A stretch of 64,000 nucleotides of DNA from an uncultured Acidobacteriota bacterium (GTDB taxonomy: Bacteria; Acidobacteriota; Thermoanaerobaculia; UBA5066; Gp7-AA6), in the NCBI GenBank assembly GCA_963764715.1, contig CAVXTP010000013.1:96001-160000 (forward strand). The letters are read 5' to 3'. How positions within the stretch are numbered: position 1 is the stretch's first letter; every line of letters begins with the position of its first letter. Below the pieces are notes generated by a model that ran no database searches, was not told the origin of the DNA, and worked only from the letters and a program-made list of their open reading frames with translations. The position numbers and the translations under genes were made by a program. Of this stretch, positions 61,864-64,000 are shown in pieces.

Positions 61864-63078
61864 ATGCAGCTGCCGATCTACCTCGATTTCCACGCCACGA
61901 CGCCCGTCGATCCGCGTGTCCTGGAGGCGATGACGCCGTACTTCACGCGCGTCTTCGGGAACCCGGCCTCGCGCGGACACGTCTTCGGCTGGGAGGCGGA
62001 GGCCGCCGTCGACGCGGCGCGCGACCAGGTGGCGCGGGCGATGAACGCCGCGGCGAAGGAGATCGTCTTCACCTCCGGCGCGACGGAGTCGGACAACCTC
62101 GCGATCCTCGGCGTGGCGCGCCTCTTCAAGGCGAAGGGCGGCCACGTGATCACGGCGCCGACCGAGCACTCGGCCGTCCTCGACGCCTGCCGGGAGCTCG
62201 AGCGCGAAGGATTCGCCGTCACGTACCTCCAGCCCGAGACGACCGGCGAGATCCCGCCCGAGCGCGTGCGGGAGGCCATCACGGAGAAGACCGTCCTCGT
62301 CTCGCTGATGCTCGCCAACAACGAGATCGGAACGATCCAGCGCATTGCCGAGATCGGCGCGATCTGCCGCGAGAAGGGGGTCTACTTCCACACCGACGCC
62401 GTGCAGGGATTCGGCAAGATCCCGTTCGACGTCGAGGCGATGAACGTCGACCTCGCCTCGATCTCCGCGCACAAGATCTACGGCCCCAAGGGCGTCGGGG
62501 CCCTCTACGTGCGATCCCGCAACCCGCGCGTGCGGCTCGAGCCGATCGTGTTCGGCGGCGGGCACGAGCGCGGAATGCGCTCGGGCACCCTCAACGTGCC
62601 CGGCATCGTGGGGCTCGGCAAGGCCGCGGAGCTCGCGGTCGGGGAGATGCCGCAGGAAACCCCGCGGATGCGCCGGCTGCGCGGCCGGCTCCACGACGCG
62701 ATCGTGTCGCGGGTGGCGGACGCGACGTTGAACGGCGCGCCGCTGCCTGCGATCGGGCCGGACGGCGCGCTCGCGCCCGGAGCCGTCGAGCGGCGGCTCC
62801 CGGCCAACCTCAATCTCTCTTTCGCCGGCGTCGAGGGCGAGGCCCTCCTCGTCAGCATGAAGGACGTCGCGGTCTCCTCGGGCTCGGCGTGCACGTCGGC
62901 GTCCCTCGAGCCGTCGCACGTCCTGACGGCGATCGGCGTGCCGCCGGAGCTGGCCCACGCCTCGATCCGGTTCGGCGTGGGTCGCTGGACCACCGAGGAG
63001 GAAGTGGACTACGCCGCGGGCGTGACCGTCGGGGCCGTCTCGCGCCTTCGGGAGAAGTCGCCGCTCGCCCGCGCGTAG
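61864..63078 (+). CDS. iscS: Cysteine desulfurase (IscS/NifS group I)
   Basis: [46 protein letters not shown]. Confidence 0.93.
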   Translation: MQLPIYLDFHATTPVDPRVLEAMTPYFTRVFGNPASRGHVFGWEAEAAVDAARDQVARAMNAAAKEIVFTSGATESDNLAILGVARLFKAKGGHVITAPTEHSAVLDACRELEREGFAVTYLQPETTGEIPPERVREAITEKTVLVSLMLANNEIGTIQRIAEIGAICREKGVYFHTDAVQGFGKIPFDVEAMNVDLASISAHKIYGPKGVGALYVRSRNPRVRLEPIVFGGGHERGMRSGTLNVPGIVGLGKAAELAVGEMPQETPRMRRLRGRLHDAIVSRVADATLNGAPLPAIGPDGALAPGAVERRLPANLNLSFAGVEGEALLVSMKDVAVSSGSACTSASLEPSHVLTAIGVPPELAHASIRFGVGRWTTEEEVDYAAGVTVGAVSRLREKSPLARA

Positions 63079-63092
63079 CCTTCGACTTCGGT

Positions 63093-64000
63093 TTGACCCG
63101 GTTGTTCACGGACCTCGTCCGCGGTGTCCCGTCGTACACCGGCCTCCTCGAGAGGGTCCGGCGGGGGGAAGACCGTCTCGTCGTCGCGGGCGGGGTCGGG
63201 GCGCTGCCGGCGGCGGTCGTCGCGGCGCTCTCCGGGGACCTCGGCCGGTCGGTGGCCGTCGTGGTCGCGACCGAGCGGGACGCCGAGCAGTGGCTCGGCG
63301 ACCTCGCTGCGGCGGGCCTCGAGCGCGTCTTCCACGCCCCGGCGCCGACCCTGACGCCGTACCAGCGCATCCCGGCATCGCTGAAGTCCCGGCGCGACGA
63401 GTTTTCCCTTTTGACCGCCCTCGCGGCGGGCGGGCCGCCGATCGGCGCCGTCCTGCCGGCGCGCGCTCTCTTCACCCGGCTGCCGGACCCCGCCCGCTTT
63501 TACGGGCTCTTCCTGCGCATCCGCGAAGGCGAGGAGCTCTCCCTCGCGAAGACCGTCGAGCGGCTCGTGCGGCTCGGCTACCGGCGCTCGGACCTGGTCG
63601 TCGAGACCGGCGACCTCGCCGTGCGGGGCGGCCTGTTCGACGTCTTCCCGCCCGACCGGGATCTGGCCGTGCGCGTCGAGCTCGACGGCGACACCGTCGC
63701 GTCGCTGCGGCTCTTCGACCCCGACACCCAGCGCTCGCGCGAGAAGATCGCGGAGGTCGCGCTCGCGCCCTTCGCCGCGTCGGAGGAGTCCGAGGAGGCG
63801 CGGCGGCTCATGACCGAACGGATCGGACGCCTTCCCTCGGAGGCCGAGCGCCTCGTCTTCGCGCCGGCCGTCTCGGCGATGCCGGCGGGCTGGCTCGAGC
63901 ACGCGGCGGCGGCGCTCACGATCGTCGTCGAGCCGGCGTCGGTCGAAGAGGAGCTCGCGGGCTTCGCCGGGCGCCTGGAGGCGGACCGCGATCCGGACCG
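63093..64000 (+). CDS. mfd: Transcription-repair coupling factor Mfd, 5' part; runs off the window end
   Basis: Manual translation: LVRLGYRRSDLVVETGDLAVRGGLFDVFPP..RVELDGDTVASLRLFDPDTQRS (UvrB-homology module); TTG start approximate. Confidence 0.85.
   Translation, partial: MTRLFTDLVRGVPSYTGLLERVRRGEDRLVVAGGVGALPAAVVAALSGDLGRSVAVVVATERDAEQWLGDLAAAGLERVFHAPAPTLTPYQRIPASLKSRRDEFSLLTALAAGGPPIGAVLPARALFTRLPDPARFYGLFLRIREGEELSLAKTVERLVRLGYRRSDLVVETGDLAVRGGLFDVFPPDRDLAVRVELDGDTVASLRLFDPDTQRSREKIAEVALAPFAASEESEEARRLMTERIGRLPSEAERLVFAPAVSAMPAGWLEHAAAALTIVVEPASVEEELAGFAGRLEADRDPD

Overview
A very GC-rich chromosomal segment. The gene families (many Cys-containing SLH-tailed secreted proteins, TPR Ser/Thr kinases, an ECF sigma/kinase pair, a 'GYFWFF..N.EL..KVLD' repeat domain) suggest Acidobacteriota, probably Thermoanaerobaculia; this is inference only. 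The window runs from a partial ettA to a partial mfd and has about 45 CDS, with no rRNA, tRNA, CRISPR array or transposase. Main observations: (1) 49.7-60.6 kb is a redox/sulfur/metal efflux island led by an ECF sigma factor fused to a ZAS-type zinc finger. Three equally spaced copies of GAACCCTT-N12-GGCTCWYAC precede its three sub-operons. It also contains a small membrane ORF absent from the ORF track, whose in-frame TGA is followed by an fdhF-like SECIS hairpin (candidate selenoprotein). (2) A kinase-paired ECF sigma at 23.2 kb faces three transcription units that each carry TGABCC-N15-TGCGCGT. (3) Seven secreted proteins share a triple-SLH tail with co-varying Cys pairs; one is frameshifted, and there is an orphan tail remnant. 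(4) A radical SAM / LpxL-type acyltransferase / HpnR-like B12 radical SAM locus may modify lipids. All family calls come from reading motifs; no searches were run.
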